Below are positions 36,800-49,408 of a DNA stretch of 64,000 bases, piece after piece. Source of the stretch: an uncultured Actinomycetes bacterium (GTDB taxonomy: Bacteria; Actinomycetota; Thermoleophilia; UBA2241); contig CAVYCN010000003.1 in the NCBI GenBank assembly GCA_963767005.1, positions 256,001 to 320,000 on the forward strand. Direction: 5' to 3'. Position 1 is the first letter of the stretch; each line of letters opens with the position of its first letter. A program made the position numbers and the translations under genes. Under the pieces are notes generated by a model, which searched no databases, had not been told where the DNA came from, and saw only the letters and a program-made list of their open reading frames with translations.

Positions 36800-38242
36800 T
36801 CAGCCACCTCCCGGCCGGTCGTTCTGTGGGTGGCGTCTGCGTCGGTCGTCGGACACCGGCAGGCCCCTGGCGATGGCGTCGCTGAGTGTGGCGAGACCCT
36901 CCACCCGGGCCACCACACGCACTCGCCGGGCGTCGGCTCGCGGCACGAGCACCGTCTCGAAGCCGACCTTGGTGGCCTCGGCGACTCTGCGCTCCGGCTG
37001 CCCGGTCGATCGCAGCTCGCCCGTGAGACCGATCTCACCGAACACCGCGACGTTGCTGGCCAGCGCGACACCCCGTTCAGCCGAGGCCACTGCGAGAGCG
37101 ACGGCGAGATCGGCCGCCGGCTCTTCGATGCGCACCCCGCCGACTATGTTAACAAAAACGTCGGCACTTGCCAAAGAGAGCCGGCCGTGGCGGGCCAGGA
37201 CGGCCACGATCATGGCTAGGCGGTTGCGGTCGAAACCGGTCGCGATGCGACGGGGCAGGGCGAGGTCGGTGGGATTGACCAGAGCCTGCACCTCGACCAG
37301 AAAGCAGCGCGTACCCTCGACGGCCACGTGCACGCACGAGCCGGCCGCGCCGCGCTCGGCGAGGAACACCGCGGTCGGGTCGGCGACGGTCACGAGGCCG
37401 GCCTCGCCCATCTCGAACACGCCGAGCTCGTTGGTCGAGCCGAAGCGGTTCTTGACGGCGCGCAGCAGGCGGAAGAAGCGGTTGCGGTCGCCCTCGAACT
37501 GCAGGACGGTGTCGACCATGTGCTCGAGCACGCGCGGACCGGCGATCGCGCCGTCCTTGGTCACGTGACCGACCAGGAACACGGCCGTGCCGCCGGCCTT
37601 GGCCAGGCGCAGGAACCGTGAGGCCGCCTCGCGCACCTGGCTGACGCTGCCGGGCGCCGACGACAGCTCGTCGCTGTAGAGCGTCTGCACCGAGTCGACG
37701 ACGACGAGCGCAGGCTGCAGGCTCTCGACCGCGTCGAGCACGGTCTCGAGCTCGGTCTCGGGCAGCACCTGGATGGCGCCCGGCGCGCGGCAGACGCGCT
37801 CGGCGCGCATCCTGACCTGGGCCGGCGATTCTTCGCCGCAGACGAGCAGGACAGGGCGTCCGCCGGCGCTCGCCGCGACCGCGTCGAGGACCTGGAGCAG
37901 CAGCGTGGACTTGCCCACGCCGGGCTCGCCGCCGACCAGCACGAGCGAGCCCGGCACGATGCCGCCGCCCAGCACGCGGTCGAGCTCGGGCAGGCCGCTC
38001 GAGAAACGGTCGTCGGCCGACGACGAGAAGTCCGACAGGGGGCGCGCCAGAGCGGCGTGACCTTCGGCGGAACGGCGGCGGGACGAGGCGGCCTTGCCGC
38101 CTCGTCCCGCCGCCCCTGTGCCCTTAACGACCTCTTCGACGAACGAGTTCCAGGCGCCGCATTCGGGGCAGCGCCCCAGCCAGCGCGCCTCGGTGCGGCC
38201 GCACTGGCCGCACGTGAAGACGACGTGGTCTTTGGCGGCCAC
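36800..38242 (-). CDS. radA: DNA repair protein RadA/Sms
   Basis: C4 zinc finger, GGEPGVGKSTL, KNRFG motif, GEIGLTGE. Confidence 0.97.
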   Translation of the reverse strand: MAAKDHVVFTCGQCGRTEARWLGRCPECGAWNSFVEEVVKGTGAAGRGGKAASSRRRSAEGHAALARPLSDFSSSADDRFSSGLPELDRVLGGGIVPGSLVLVGGEPGVGKSTLLLQVLDAVAASAGGRPVLLVCGEESPAQVRMRAERVCRAPGAIQVLPETELETVLDAVESLQPALVVVDSVQTLYSDELSSAPGSVSQVREAASRFLRLAKAGGTAVFLVGHVTKDGAIAGPRVLEHMVDTVLQFEGDRNRFFRLLRAVKNRFGSTNELGVFEMGEAGLVTVADPTAVFLAERGAAGSCVHVAVEGTRCFLVEVQALVNPTDLALPRRIATGFDRNRLAMIVAVLARHGRLSLASADVFVNIVGGVRIEEPAADLAVALAVASAERGVALASNVAVFGEIGLTGELRSTGQPERRVAEATKVGFETVLVPRADARRVRVVARVEGLATLSDAIARGLPVSDDRRRRHPQNDRPGGG

Positions 38243-38262
38243 CCCCGCCGCAGAGCCCCGGT

Positions 38263-40815
<2,553 letters not shown>

Positions 40816-41055
40816 GCTTAGCTCCTTCTTGCTGGGTACCCCTGTATGTTACCCGATTCCCCAGACTCGGCGACCTGAGCCCGATCCTTGAGGGGGAGAC
40901 GTTGCGGACCGTTCGGGGCGGAGCCTGACTTGTACCTTCCCGAGCTCGAAACGAAACGGGCAGGTCGGACCGGCGCGGCGCGGCCGTCGAGAGCGAGGTC
41001 TACCCCGGCCCCGTTTTCGGCGGCGCCACGCGTGAAGTGGGCCCCGGCCGGCCGC

Positions 41056-42543
41056 TCAGCCGCGCAGCGCCGGGAACAGGATGACGTCGCGGATCGAGGC
41101 CGAGTCGGTGAGCACCATGACGAGGCGGTCGATCCCCATGCCCATGCCGCCGGTCGGCGGCATGCCGTGCTCCATGGCCTCGAGGAAGTCCTCGTCCAGC
41201 TGGTGGGCCTCTTCGTCGCCGGCGTCGAAGGCGGCGAGCTGGTCGAGGAAGCGCTGGCGCTGATCGTCGGGGTCGTTCAGCTCGCTGAAGGCATTGGAGC
41301 TCTCCATGCCGGCGATGAAGCCCTCGAAGCGCTCGACGAAGCGCGGGTCGTGCGGCGTCTTCTTGGCGAACGGGCTGAGCTCGAGCGGGTACTCGGTGAT
41401 GAACACCGGCTGGATGAGGCCGGGCTCGACCGTCTCGCTGAACAGCTCGTCGACCTGCATGCCCCAGGTGGGCTGGGGCGGCACGCGCTCGTCGAGGCCG
41501 CGCGCCTTGATCGCCGCCTGCAGCCCGCCGACGACGCGGGTCTCGTCGGCGGCGATGTCGATGCCGCTGGCGTCGAGGATGGCCTTGCGCATGGTCACGC
41601 GCGGCCACGGCGGCGTGAGGTCGATCTCGTGGCCGCGGAAGTGGGCGACCAGGCTGCCGACGGCCGCGGCGGCCGCGCCCACGAGCTGCTCGACCATCTC
41701 CATCACGAAGTTGTAGTCGACGTAGGCCTCGTAGGTCTCGAGCATCGTGAACTCGGGGTTGTGCTTGAAGCTCACGCCTTCGTTGCGGAAGTTGCGGCCG
41801 ATCTCGTACACGCGGTCGATGCCGCCGATGATGCAGCGCTTGAGGTAGAGCTCGACGGCGATACGCAGGTACAGGTCGCGCTTGAGCTCGTTGTGGTGGG
41901 TCACGAACGGGCGCGCCATGGCGCCGCCGTAGAGCGGCTGCAGGATGGGCGTCTCGACCTCGACGAAGCCACGCTCGTCGAGGAACCGGCGGATGGCGGT
42001 GATGATCTTCGCGCGCTTGACGAACACGGCCTTCGACTCGTCGTTCATGATCGTGTCGAGGTAGCGCTTGCGGTAGCGCGTCTCGACGTCGGTCAGCCCG
42101 TGGAACTTCTCGGGCAGCGGACGCAGCGCCTTGGCCAGGAAGCGCCACGAGGCCGGCCGCAGCGAGAGCTCGCCGCGCCGCGTCTTGAGCACGACGCCCT
42201 CGGCGCCGACGAAGTCGCCCACGTCGACCTCGAGCAGGCGATGGTAGTCGTCGGCGCCCAGGGCGTCGACGGTGACGAAGAGCTGCAGGTGGCCGGAGCC
42301 GTCCTTGATCGTGAGGAAGGCGAGCTTGCCGTGCTCGCGCCGCGACATGACGCGGCCGGCCACCCGATGCGTGCCGGGCGCCTCGGCGCCGGCCTCGAGC
42401 TCGTCGTAGCGGGCGTGCAGCTCGCCGATCTCGTCGCGGTCCTCGAAGCGGGTGGGAAAGACCTCGTCCGGGCCCTCGCGCAGCCGCGCCAGCTTGTGCA
42501 GTCGCTCCGCGGCGGAGCCGACCGGCTGCTCCTCGTCGGCCAC
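41056..42543 (-). CDS. lysS: Lysine--tRNA ligase (class II)
   Basis: LPEKFHGL, RNFRNEG..HNPEFT, GMPPTGGMGMGIDRL. Confidence 0.97.
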   Translation of the reverse strand: MADEEQPVGSAAERLHKLARLREGPDEVFPTRFEDRDEIGELHARYDELEAGAEAPGTHRVAGRVMSRREHGKLAFLTIKDGSGHLQLFVTVDALGADDYHRLLEVDVGDFVGAEGVVLKTRRGELSLRPASWRFLAKALRPLPEKFHGLTDVETRYRKRYLDTIMNDESKAVFVKRAKIITAIRRFLDERGFVEVETPILQPLYGGAMARPFVTHHNELKRDLYLRIAVELYLKRCIIGGIDRVYEIGRNFRNEGVSFKHNPEFTMLETYEAYVDYNFVMEMVEQLVGAAAAAVGSLVAHFRGHEIDLTPPWPRVTMRKAILDASGIDIAADETRVVGGLQAAIKARGLDERVPPQPTWGMQVDELFSETVEPGLIQPVFITEYPLELSPFAKKTPHDPRFVERFEGFIAGMESSNAFSELNDPDDQRQRFLDQLAAFDAGDEEAHQLDEDFLEAMEHGMPPTGGMGMGIDRLVMVLTDSASIRDVILFPALRG

Positions 42544-42557
42544 GACCGGCCGGTCCC

Positions 42558-43037
42558 CTACGCCCGTTCGATGTCGATGATCTTGAGGCGCGTCTCGCCG
42601 CGCGGCGTCGCGACGGTGACGATCTCGCCCGGCTTGTGGCCGATGATCGCCCGGCCGACCGGCGACTCGTTGGACAGCTTGTGGTCGGTAGGATCGGCCT
42701 CGGCGGAGCCCACGATCGAGTACTGCACGACGTCGGCGCGCTTGACGTCCTGCAGGGTCACCTTGGTGCCCACGCCGACCGCCTCTGTGCTGACGTCGCT
42801 CTCGTCGATGACGAGCGCCGAGCGCAGCTTCTCTTCGAGGGCGAAGATGCGCTGCTCGAGCATGGCCTGCTCGTTCTTGGCGTCGTCGTATTCGGAGTTC
42901 TCGGTGATGTCGCCGAAATACCGCGCCTCTTTGATGCGGTCGGCGACCTCTTCACGCTTCTTGGTCGAGAGGTACTCGATCTCGTCCTTCAGGCGCCGGT
43001 ACCCCGCGGGGGTGAGGATGATCTCTCGTTCCGGCAC
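42558..43037 (-). CDS. greA: Transcription elongation factor GreA
   Basis: GDITENSEYDDAK, EADP..SNESPVG; GTG start after AAGGA. Confidence 0.96.
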   Translation of the reverse strand: MPEREIILTPAGYRRLKDEIEYLSTKKREEVADRIKEARYFGDITENSEYDDAKNEQAMLEQRIFALEEKLRSALVIDESDVSTEAVGVGTKVTLQDVKRADVVQYSIVGSAEADPTDHKLSNESPVGRAIIGHKPGEIVTVATPRGETRLKIIDIERA

Positions 43038-43095
43038 GTCGGCATCCTTTCTTACGACGAACGGGCCGCTAGCTGCAGGCCCGGGCAAGCAAGGG

Positions 43096-43124
43096 ATTAT
43101 AGGGCTTCGCCCGGCCGCTGCCAA
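43096..43124 (-). promoter_or_regulatory. Sigma70 promoter for greA-lysS
   Basis: TTGGCA-N17-TATAAT. Confidence 0.8.
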
Positions 43125-43153
43125 CCGTGCCGAGCGTACCGGGCGTTCTGGGC

Positions 43154-44185
43154 TCATTCTGCCCGTACGAGAGCCGAGACAGTCGCGATGTCGGCGGCCG
43201 CCATGAGCCGGGCGGCGAGCTCCGGCGTAAGCGCCCCGCTGCGCCGGAAGCGCGGCCAGAAGCGCCGCAGGTAGCCTACGGCGCGGGGGCCCAGGTCGGC
43301 CGCCGCCTCGTCGACGAAACGGGCGAGGGCGCGCCGCCGCTCGACGAGCGGCGGCGCGCCCCTCCCGTCGAGCAGCTCGGCAAAGACCCAGGGCCGGCCC
43401 AGGGCGGCGCGGGCGACCATGACGGCGGCGACGCCGCCGGCGAGCAGGCGGGCGGTGAGCTCGCGGTCGGGGCGCGCGTCGGGGCCGACCACGGCGACGT
43501 CGCCCGAGGCGATCACCGGCACTGGCAGCTCGGCCGCGAGGGCGAGCGTGACGGCGTGGTCGGCGCGCCCCCGGTAGAGCTGCGCGGCGCTGCGCGGGTG
43601 CAGGCACAGGGCGGCGGCGCCGGCGGCGACGAGGCGGGGCGCCAGGCGGCGCCCCGCCTCGTCGCCGCCGCGCACGCCGCTGCGGAGCTTCACCGTCACC
43701 GGCACAGCGCCGGCGACGGCCTCGACGACCGCCGCCAGACAGGCGACCGCGAGGTCGGGCGCGTCGAGCAGGGCGGCGCCGGCGCCGGTCTTCATGACCT
43801 TGCGCACCGGGCAGGCCATGTTCAGGTCGACCAGGTCGGCGCCGGCGCGCAGGCAGACGCGCGCCGCCCCGGCGAGCGCGGCCGGGTCGGCGGCGAAGAG
43901 CTGGAAGCCGACGGGGTGCTCGTCGGCGCCGCAGGCGAGGTAGTCCAGCGTGCGACGGTTGTCGTGGACGATGCCATGCGCCGAGATCATCTCGGTGAAC
44001 ACGAGGCCGGCGCCGGCGCGCCGCACCGAGCGCCGAAAGGCCGGCACGCTGACGCCGGCCATGGGCGCCATGAAGAGCCGGCGGTCGAGCTCGAGCGCGC
44101 CGATCGCGAGCGGCTCGAGCAGCCTGTCGCGCAACTCGTCGATGACTCGCCCCTCCCCCGTGCCGCTGATCGACTTCGTCGTCAT
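43154..44185 (-). CDS. dus: tRNA-dihydrouridine synthase (start uncertain)
   Basis: APMAG, TEMIS, DLNMACP, VTVKLRSG, HPR, ASGD. Confidence 0.9.
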   Translation of the reverse strand: MTTKSISGTGEGRVIDELRDRLLEPLAIGALELDRRLFMAPMAGVSVPAFRRSVRRAGAGLVFTEMISAHGIVHDNRRTLDYLACGADEHPVGFQLFAADPAALAGAARVCLRAGADLVDLNMACPVRKVMKTGAGAALLDAPDLAVACLAAVVEAVAGAVPVTVKLRSGVRGGDEAGRRLAPRLVAAGAAALCLHPRSAAQLYRGRADHAVTLALAAELPVPVIASGDVAVVGPDARPDRELTARLLAGGVAAVMVARAALGRPWVFAELLDGRGAPPLVERRRALARFVDEAAADLGPRAVGYLRRFWPRFRRSGALTPELAARLMAAADIATVSALVRAE

Positions 44186-44220
44186 CGCTCAGGCATGCGT
44201 GGCTTCGCTTCCGCGCCTCG
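44160..44220 (+). repeat. ~60-bp dispersed structured repeat, copy 2 (more diverged)
   Basis: GTGCCGCTGATCGACTTCGTCGTCATCGCTCAGGCATGCGTGGCTTCGCTTCCGCGCCTCG. Confidence 0.7.
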
Positions 44221-44237
44221 TCGGGCGGCGGCGGCCG

Positions 44238-45011
44238 TCAGCGCGTCTGCTGGCGGCGCAGGACGAGCTCGATGCCGCGCAGCGTGAGCGAGCGGTCGAC
44301 GGTCGAGATCGTGCGGCTGTGCGGCGCGATCAGCTGGGCCAGCCCCCCGGTGGCCACGACCGGCGCCTCGGCTCCGAGCTCGGCGCGGATCGCCTCGGCG
44401 ATGCCGTCGACCTGGCCGGCGAAGCCATACACGGCGCCCGAGCGCAGCGCCTCGGTCGTGTCGCGGCCGATGGCCCGACCGGGCTCGTCGAGGTCGACCT
44501 TGGTGAGGCGCGCGGCGCGCGTGGTGAGCGCCTCCATCGAGACCTCGACGCCGGGCGCGATCGAGCCGCCCACGTAGTCGCCCTGCTGGTCGACGACGTC
44601 GAAGTTGGTCGACGTCCCGAAGTCGACGACGATCACCGGTGCGCCGTAGGTCTCGAGGCCCGCGACCGCGTTGGCGACACGGTCGGCGCCGACCTCGGTC
44701 GGGTTCTTCAGGCGGATGCGGATGCCGGTCCGCACGCCGGGACCGAGCACGAAGGGCGCGAGCTCGAGGTGCTTCTGGCTCATCGTCACCCACTTGGTGG
44801 TCAGCGTCGGCACCACCGAGGCGATCGCGACCTCGTCGACCGTCTCCCTGAGACGCTCGCCGAGCAGCGAGAAGAAGCCCTGGAGCAGGCCGGCGAGCTC
44901 GTCGGCCGTGCGGTGCCGCACGGTCGCGATACGCCAGTCGGCCACGATCGCGCCGCCGTCCATGAGGCCGATCACGGTCTGCGTGTTGCCGACGTCGACG
45001 GCCAGGAGCAT
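44238..45011 (-). CDS. coaX: Type III pantothenate kinase
   Basis: DVGNT, SVVP, GADR, VDFGT, GGSIAPG, ATGG. Confidence 0.95.
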   Translation of the reverse strand: MLLAVDVGNTQTVIGLMDGGAIVADWRIATVRHRTADELAGLLQGFFSLLGERLRETVDEVAIASVVPTLTTKWVTMSQKHLELAPFVLGPGVRTGIRIRLKNPTEVGADRVANAVAGLETYGAPVIVVDFGTSTNFDVVDQQGDYVGGSIAPGVEVSMEALTTRAARLTKVDLDEPGRAIGRDTTEALRSGAVYGFAGQVDGIAEAIRAELGAEAPVVATGGLAQLIAPHSRTISTVDRSLTLRGIELVLRRQQTR

Positions 45012-45013
45012 CA

Positions 45014-45130
45014 GTACCGCCCAGCGACTGCGTCGTCGCCGCTCAGCCAGGTGTGACCACGTTGCACCGCTCGTACCGTCGAGCGACTGCGTCGTCGCCG
45101 CTCAGCCAGGTGACTACGTTGCACGGCTCG
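45014..45130 (+). repeat. ~60-bp dispersed structured repeat, copies 3 and 4 in tandem (period 59)
   Basis: GTACCG..AGCGACTGCGTCGTCGCCGCTCAGCCAGGTG(TG)ACYACGTTGCACSGCTCG at 45014 and 45073. Confidence 0.9.
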
Positions 45131-45974
45131 TCACCACCAGAGTGAGGTCGATCCAGGGCGCGGCGGTCGTGAGAGCGCCGACCGAGATCACGTCGACGCC
45201 AGCCTGCGCGTAGTCGCGCACGCGATCGAGCGTGACGCCGCCGGAGACCTCGATCACCGCCCGGCCGGCCACGCGCGCCACGGCGGCGCGCACGGCGGCG
45301 ACGTCCATGTTGTCGAGCAGGACGACCGGCACGGCGGCCTCGAGCGCCTCGTCGAGCTGCTCGACCGTGTCGACCTCGACCTCGAGCAGGTGGGCGTGCG
45401 ACAGGCCGGCGCGCACCGCGGCCACGGCCGCGGTCACGCCGCCGGCCGCCGCCACGTGGTTGTCCTTGATCATGGCCCCGTCGTAGAGCCCGAACCTGTG
45501 CGGGCTGCCGCCGCCGTCGACGATCGCCTGCTTCTCGAGGGCGCGTAGCCCCGGCGTGGTCTTGCGGGTCCCGGCGATCACTGCCCGCGTACCGGCCGCC
45601 TCGGCCACGTAGCGCGCCGTGAGGGTCGCCACGCCGGACAGGCGGGCCAAGAAATTGAGGCCGGTGCGCTCGAGCGCGAGGATGCTCGACAGGCGACCGG
45701 CGAGCGCGACGAGCGTGCGACCGGCGGTGAACGGCTCGCCGGCCTGCAGCCGCGCTTCGACCTCGAGCCCGGGATCGACGAGGCGAGCGGCCTCGAGGAA
45801 CGGCGCGAGACCCGACAGCACGCCGGCGGCGCGCGCCTCGACGCGGGCGCTGCCGGGGCCGTCGAAGACGCGCCCGGTGAGGTCGCCGAGGCCGGACAGG
45901 TCTTCGGCGAGCGCCCTGCGGGCGGCGGCGTGCGCCGCCGCCCGCAGGGCCTGCTCGGACAGGCCGGCCGTCAC
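45114..45974 (-). CDS. nadC: Nicotinate-nucleotide pyrophosphorylase
   Basis: ERTGLNFL, TRKTTPG, HRFGL, IKDNH, EVEV, LLDNM, SGG. Confidence 0.95.
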   Translation of the reverse strand: MTAGLSEQALRAAAHAAARRALAEDLSGLGDLTGRVFDGPGSARVEARAAGVLSGLAPFLEAARLVDPGLEVEARLQAGEPFTAGRTLVALAGRLSSILALERTGLNFLARLSGVATLTARYVAEAAGTRAVIAGTRKTTPGLRALEKQAIVDGGGSPHRFGLYDGAMIKDNHVAAAGGVTAAVAAVRAGLSHAHLLEVEVDTVEQLDEALEAAVPVVLLDNMDVAAVRAAVARVAGRAVIEVSGGVTLDRVRDYAQAGVDVISVGALTTAAPWIDLTLVVTSRAT

Positions 45975-47596
45975 GCGTGCTCCACGGCAGCGGGCCGGCC
46001 GGGCAGCCGCAGCGTGATGTGGCGCTGCCAGTCGCGGTCGTCGCGCTCGGGATGGTCGTCGCGCACGTGCACGCCACGGGTCTCCTCGCGCAGCAGGGCG
46101 CACTTGGTGATCTGGGTGGCCAGCGTGAGCACGTTGAGCAGCTCGAACTCGGGCGGCCCGGCGGCACCGAGCCGCAGCCCCGAGTTGATCGCGCTCAGCC
46201 GTTCGAGGGCCTCGATGAGCGCGTCCTCGGTGCGCACCCAGCCGACCTTGTCAGCCATGAGGGCCGTCACGCCGGCGCGCAGCGAGGCGACGTCGGTCGC
46301 GGCCGCCACGTCGCCCGATGCCGAGGGCAGCTCGAACTGCAGGCGCCGGACGTCCTCGCCGAGACGCCCGATGTAGCGGTCGAGGTGGCGCACCACCCGG
46401 TCGCCGAACACGAGGCCCTCGAGCAGCGAGTTCGAGGCCAGCCGGTTGGCGCCGTGGACGCCTGTGCTCGCCACCTCGCCGGCGGCGTAGAGCCCGGGCA
46501 CGGTGGTGCGGCCCCAGACGTCGGTGACGACGCCTCCGATGAAGTAGTGCGCGACGGGCGCGACGGGGATGAGGTCGCGCGCGAGGTCGAGGTCGTGCTC
46601 GGCGAGCAGGGCCGTGACCCGCGGGAAACGCTCGCGCAGCATCGTCGCGTCGAGCGCGGTCGCGTCGAGGAAGACGTGCGACGTACCGTCGCGGCGCATC
46701 TGGTCGATCATGCCGCGCACGACGACGTCGCGCGCGGCGAGCTCGGCCTTGGGGTCGACCGCGGGCATGAAGCGCTCTCCGGCGCTGCTGCGCAGGAGCG
46801 CGCCCTCGCCGCGCAGGGCCTCGGTGATGAGCGGCGTCGGCGAGCCTCCGACGGCGAGCCCGGTCGGGTGGAACTGGACGAACTCGAGGTCGCGGATCGA
46901 GGCACCGGCCCGATAGGCCATGGCGACACCGTCGCCCGTCGCGACCGTGGGGTTCGTCGTGCGCGCGTAGACCTGGCCGGCGCCGCCGGTCGCGAGGATG
47001 GTGACCATCGCGAGGTTCAGCGTGTACTCGCCGTCGGCGAGGTTGAGCGAGAGGGCGCCGATGCAGCGTCCGTCGATCGTGAGCAGGTCGATCACGAACT
47101 CGTCCTCGTAGAGCTGCACGCGGCTGCCCAGACGGGCCGCCTCGGACAGGGCGCTCGACACCTCGCGGCCCGTGGCGTCGCCGCCGGCGTGGACCACGCG
47201 CCGCACCGAGTGCGCGCCCTCGCGACCGAGCACGATCTCGCCGTTCTGGCGATCGAAGCGCGGGCAGATCTCGATGAGCTCGCGGACGCGGTCGGGTCCT
47301 TCGTTTACGAGCACGCGCACGGCTTCGGGATCGCAAAGGCCGGCGCCGGCAGCGACCGTGTCCTTGAAGTGCAGGTCGGGCGAGTCGGCCTCGCCGAGGG
47401 CCGCCGCGATGCCGCCCTGGGCGAGGAAGGTGGTGGTGTCGTTCAGGCTCGCCTTGGTGAGCAGGCCGACGCGCCAGCGACGGGCGGCCGCGATGGCCGC
47501 CGTAAGGCCGGCGATGCCGCCGCCGAGCACGAGCACGTCGAACTGCCGGCGCAGCAGCGGCCGGTCGGGCACGCTGCCGATGTAGGGGCGCGGCAC
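45971..47596 (-). CDS. nadB: L-aspartate oxidase
   Basis: GGGIAG, AQGGIA, REGAHS, QFHPT, TEALRGEG, GVHGANRLASNSLLE. Confidence 0.95.
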   Translation of the reverse strand: MPRPYIGSVPDRPLLRRQFDVLVLGGGIAGLTAAIAAARRWRVGLLTKASLNDTTTFLAQGGIAAALGEADSPDLHFKDTVAAGAGLCDPEAVRVLVNEGPDRVRELIEICPRFDRQNGEIVLGREGAHSVRRVVHAGGDATGREVSSALSEAARLGSRVQLYEDEFVIDLLTIDGRCIGALSLNLADGEYTLNLAMVTILATGGAGQVYARTTNPTVATGDGVAMAYRAGASIRDLEFVQFHPTGLAVGGSPTPLITEALRGEGALLRSSAGERFMPAVDPKAELAARDVVVRGMIDQMRRDGTSHVFLDATALDATMLRERFPRVTALLAEHDLDLARDLIPVAPVAHYFIGGVVTDVWGRTTVPGLYAAGEVASTGVHGANRLASNSLLEGLVFGDRVVRHLDRYIGRLGEDVRRLQFELPSASGDVAAATDVASLRAGVTALMADKVGWVRTEDALIEALERLSAINSGLRLGAAGPPEFELLNVLTLATQITKCALLREETRGVHVRDDHPERDDRDWQRHITLRLPGRPAAVEHA

Positions 47597-47667
47597 GGCG
47601 CTCAGCGACCGGCCGCGGGGCGGATCCGCGTCGGCCAGAGTGGCGGGGTGGCGTCGATGGTCGTGGG

Positions 47668-48186
47668 TCAGTCCTCCGCGACGTACGGCTTGACGTCCTG
47701 GCGTGCGGCCAGCTCGGCGGCGAGGCCGGCCACGTCGACCCGCGGCATGTCACGCGCGAGCGACCACAGCTCGGCGAGCGGCACGAGCACGAAGGCCCGC
47801 TGCCACAGGCGTGGGTGCGGGAGCGTGAGCTCCTGGTCGGCGCTCTCGACGCCTTGGAAGAGGAGTATATCGACATCGAGGGTGCGCGGGCCAAAGCGCA
47901 CGTCGCGCAGGCGCCCGGCTTCGTCCTCGATGCGCTGGGCGGCGGCGAGCAGCTCGGCGGGGCTGAGCGTGGTCTCGAGGGCGACGACCTGGTTCAGGAA
48001 CGCTGGCTGGTCGACCAGGTCCTGCGGCGCCGTCTCGTAGACCCGCGAGCTCGCGCGCAGCGTGGTGCCGGGCAGCGCGGCGAGCGCGGCGCGGGCGGCG
48101 CCCAGCGCCGCGGCACGCTCGCCCAGGTTCGCGCCGAGCGACAGGTAAGCCAGACGACGCTCGCCGGCGCGCGCGCCCCCGCTCAT
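47668..48186 (-). CDS. folK: HPPK
   Basis: LSLGANLG, FLNQV, GPRTLDVDIL, LPHP..RAFVL. Confidence 0.95.
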   Translation of the reverse strand: MSGGARAGERRLAYLSLGANLGERAAALGAARAALAALPGTTLRASSRVYETAPQDLVDQPAFLNQVVALETTLSPAELLAAAQRIEDEAGRLRDVRFGPRTLDVDILLFQGVESADQELTLPHPRLWQRAFVLVPLAELWSLARDMPRVDVAGLAAELAARQDVKPYVAED

Positions 48187-48554
48187 CGGCGGTAGGAGAT
48201 CTCGGCGCCGGCCCAGGCGGCCGGCAGGCTCCCCGGCGAAGGCTTGCGCACCAGGACGTGCAGCTCGGCGAGCTCGCGGGCGCCCCAGATGCGGTCGGCG
48301 ATCTCGGTCGCGAGGCGCTCGAGCAGGCGGTAGGGGCGCTCGGCAGCGGTCGCCACCGCGAGGCGCCCCAGGGCGCCGTAGTCGACGGTCTGCGCGACGT
48401 CGTCGGCGGCGTAGTCGGAGACGAGGAGCGGCGTGAGCCGCAGGTCGACGAGGAGCGTCTGCGGCGCGCGCCGCTCCTCGTCGGTCACGCCGACGTGGCA
48501 GGCCGCCTGGAGCCCGCTGAGGCTGATCTCGACCGACCGCTCCGGGCTCGTCAC
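48183..48554 (-). CDS. folB: Dihydroneopterin aldolase
   Basis: HVGVTDEER..Q, TVDY, LLE.LA, VRKP; overlaps folP and folK. Confidence 0.9.
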   Translation of the reverse strand: MTSPERSVEISLSGLQAACHVGVTDEERRAPQTLLVDLRLTPLLVSDYAADDVAQTVDYGALGRLAVATAAERPYRLLERLATEIADRIWGARELAELHVLVRKPSPGSLPAAWAGAEISYRR

Positions 48555-49390
48555 GCCGGCGCCTCCGCCACGGCGAGGATGGCCTGCGCCACGCGCAGGG
48601 CCTCGACATTGGGCCGCACGTCGTGCACGCGCAGCACGGCGGCCCCGCGGGCCAGGCCGAGCACCGTGGTCGCCACGGTCCCGACCACGCGCTCGCCGGG
48701 CCCGAGCCCGAGCAGCGCGCCGATGAAACGCTTGCGCGAGGCCCCGAGCACGACCGGCCGGCCGATGGCGGCGATCCGGTCGAGGTGGGCGAGGAGCGCG
48801 AGGTTGTGCGCGAGCGTCTTGCCGAACCCGATGCCGGGGTCGAGCAGCACCTGCTCCTCGCGCACGCCGGCAGCCACGGCGGCCGCGAGGCGCGCCTCGA
48901 GGAACGCCGTCACCTCGGCCACGACGTCGTCGTAGCGGGGGTCGTCCTGCATCGTGCGCGGCTCGCCCAGCATGTGCATGAGGCACACCGGGCAGCCCCG
49001 CTCGGCCACGAGGGCGGCCATGGCGGGATCGCCGCGCAGAGCGGTGACGTCGTTGACGATCGCCGCGCCGGCGTCGAGCGCCGCGCGCGCCACCGCCGCC
49101 TTGGTGGTGTCGACCGACAGGACGACCGGCGAGACGGCCGCGAGACCCTCGACGACGGGCACGACACGGCGCACCTCCTCGTCGACGGGTACCGGGTCGG
49201 AACCCGGCCGGGTCGACTCGCCGCCGATGTCGAGGATCGCCGCGCCCTCAGCGGCCAGGCGCAGACCGTGCGCCACGGCCGACCCAGTGTCGGCGTGCTC
49301 GCCGCCGTCGGAGAACGAGTCGGGCGTCGCGTTGACGATGCCCATCACGCAGGGCAGCGCGACCGGCAGATCTGTGGGGGGATAGTGCAC
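48551..49390 (-). CDS. folP: Dihydropteroate synthase
   Basis: MGIVNATPDSFSDGG, GGESTRPG, DPGIGFGK, SRKRF, RVHDV. Confidence 0.96.
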   Translation of the reverse strand: MHYPPTDLPVALPCVMGIVNATPDSFSDGGEHADTGSAVAHGLRLAAEGAAILDIGGESTRPGSDPVPVDEEVRRVVPVVEGLAAVSPVVLSVDTTKAAVARAALDAGAAIVNDVTALRGDPAMAALVAERGCPVCLMHMLGEPRTMQDDPRYDDVVAEVTAFLEARLAAAVAAGVREEQVLLDPGIGFGKTLAHNLALLAHLDRIAAIGRPVVLGASRKRFIGALLGLGPGERVVGTVATTVLGLARGAAVLRVHDVRPNVEALRVAQAILAVAEAPA

Positions 49391-49408
49391 GGGGTCGGCG
49401 GCGAGCGC

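Noticed and set aside
44135-44185. Non-canonical ATC start for dus after GGGGAGGGG
   Set aside because: In-frame ATG (44185) and TTG alternatives exist; cannot be decided from sequence
45014-45130. CRISPR array
   Set aside because: Whole 59-bp units repeat with no unique spacer
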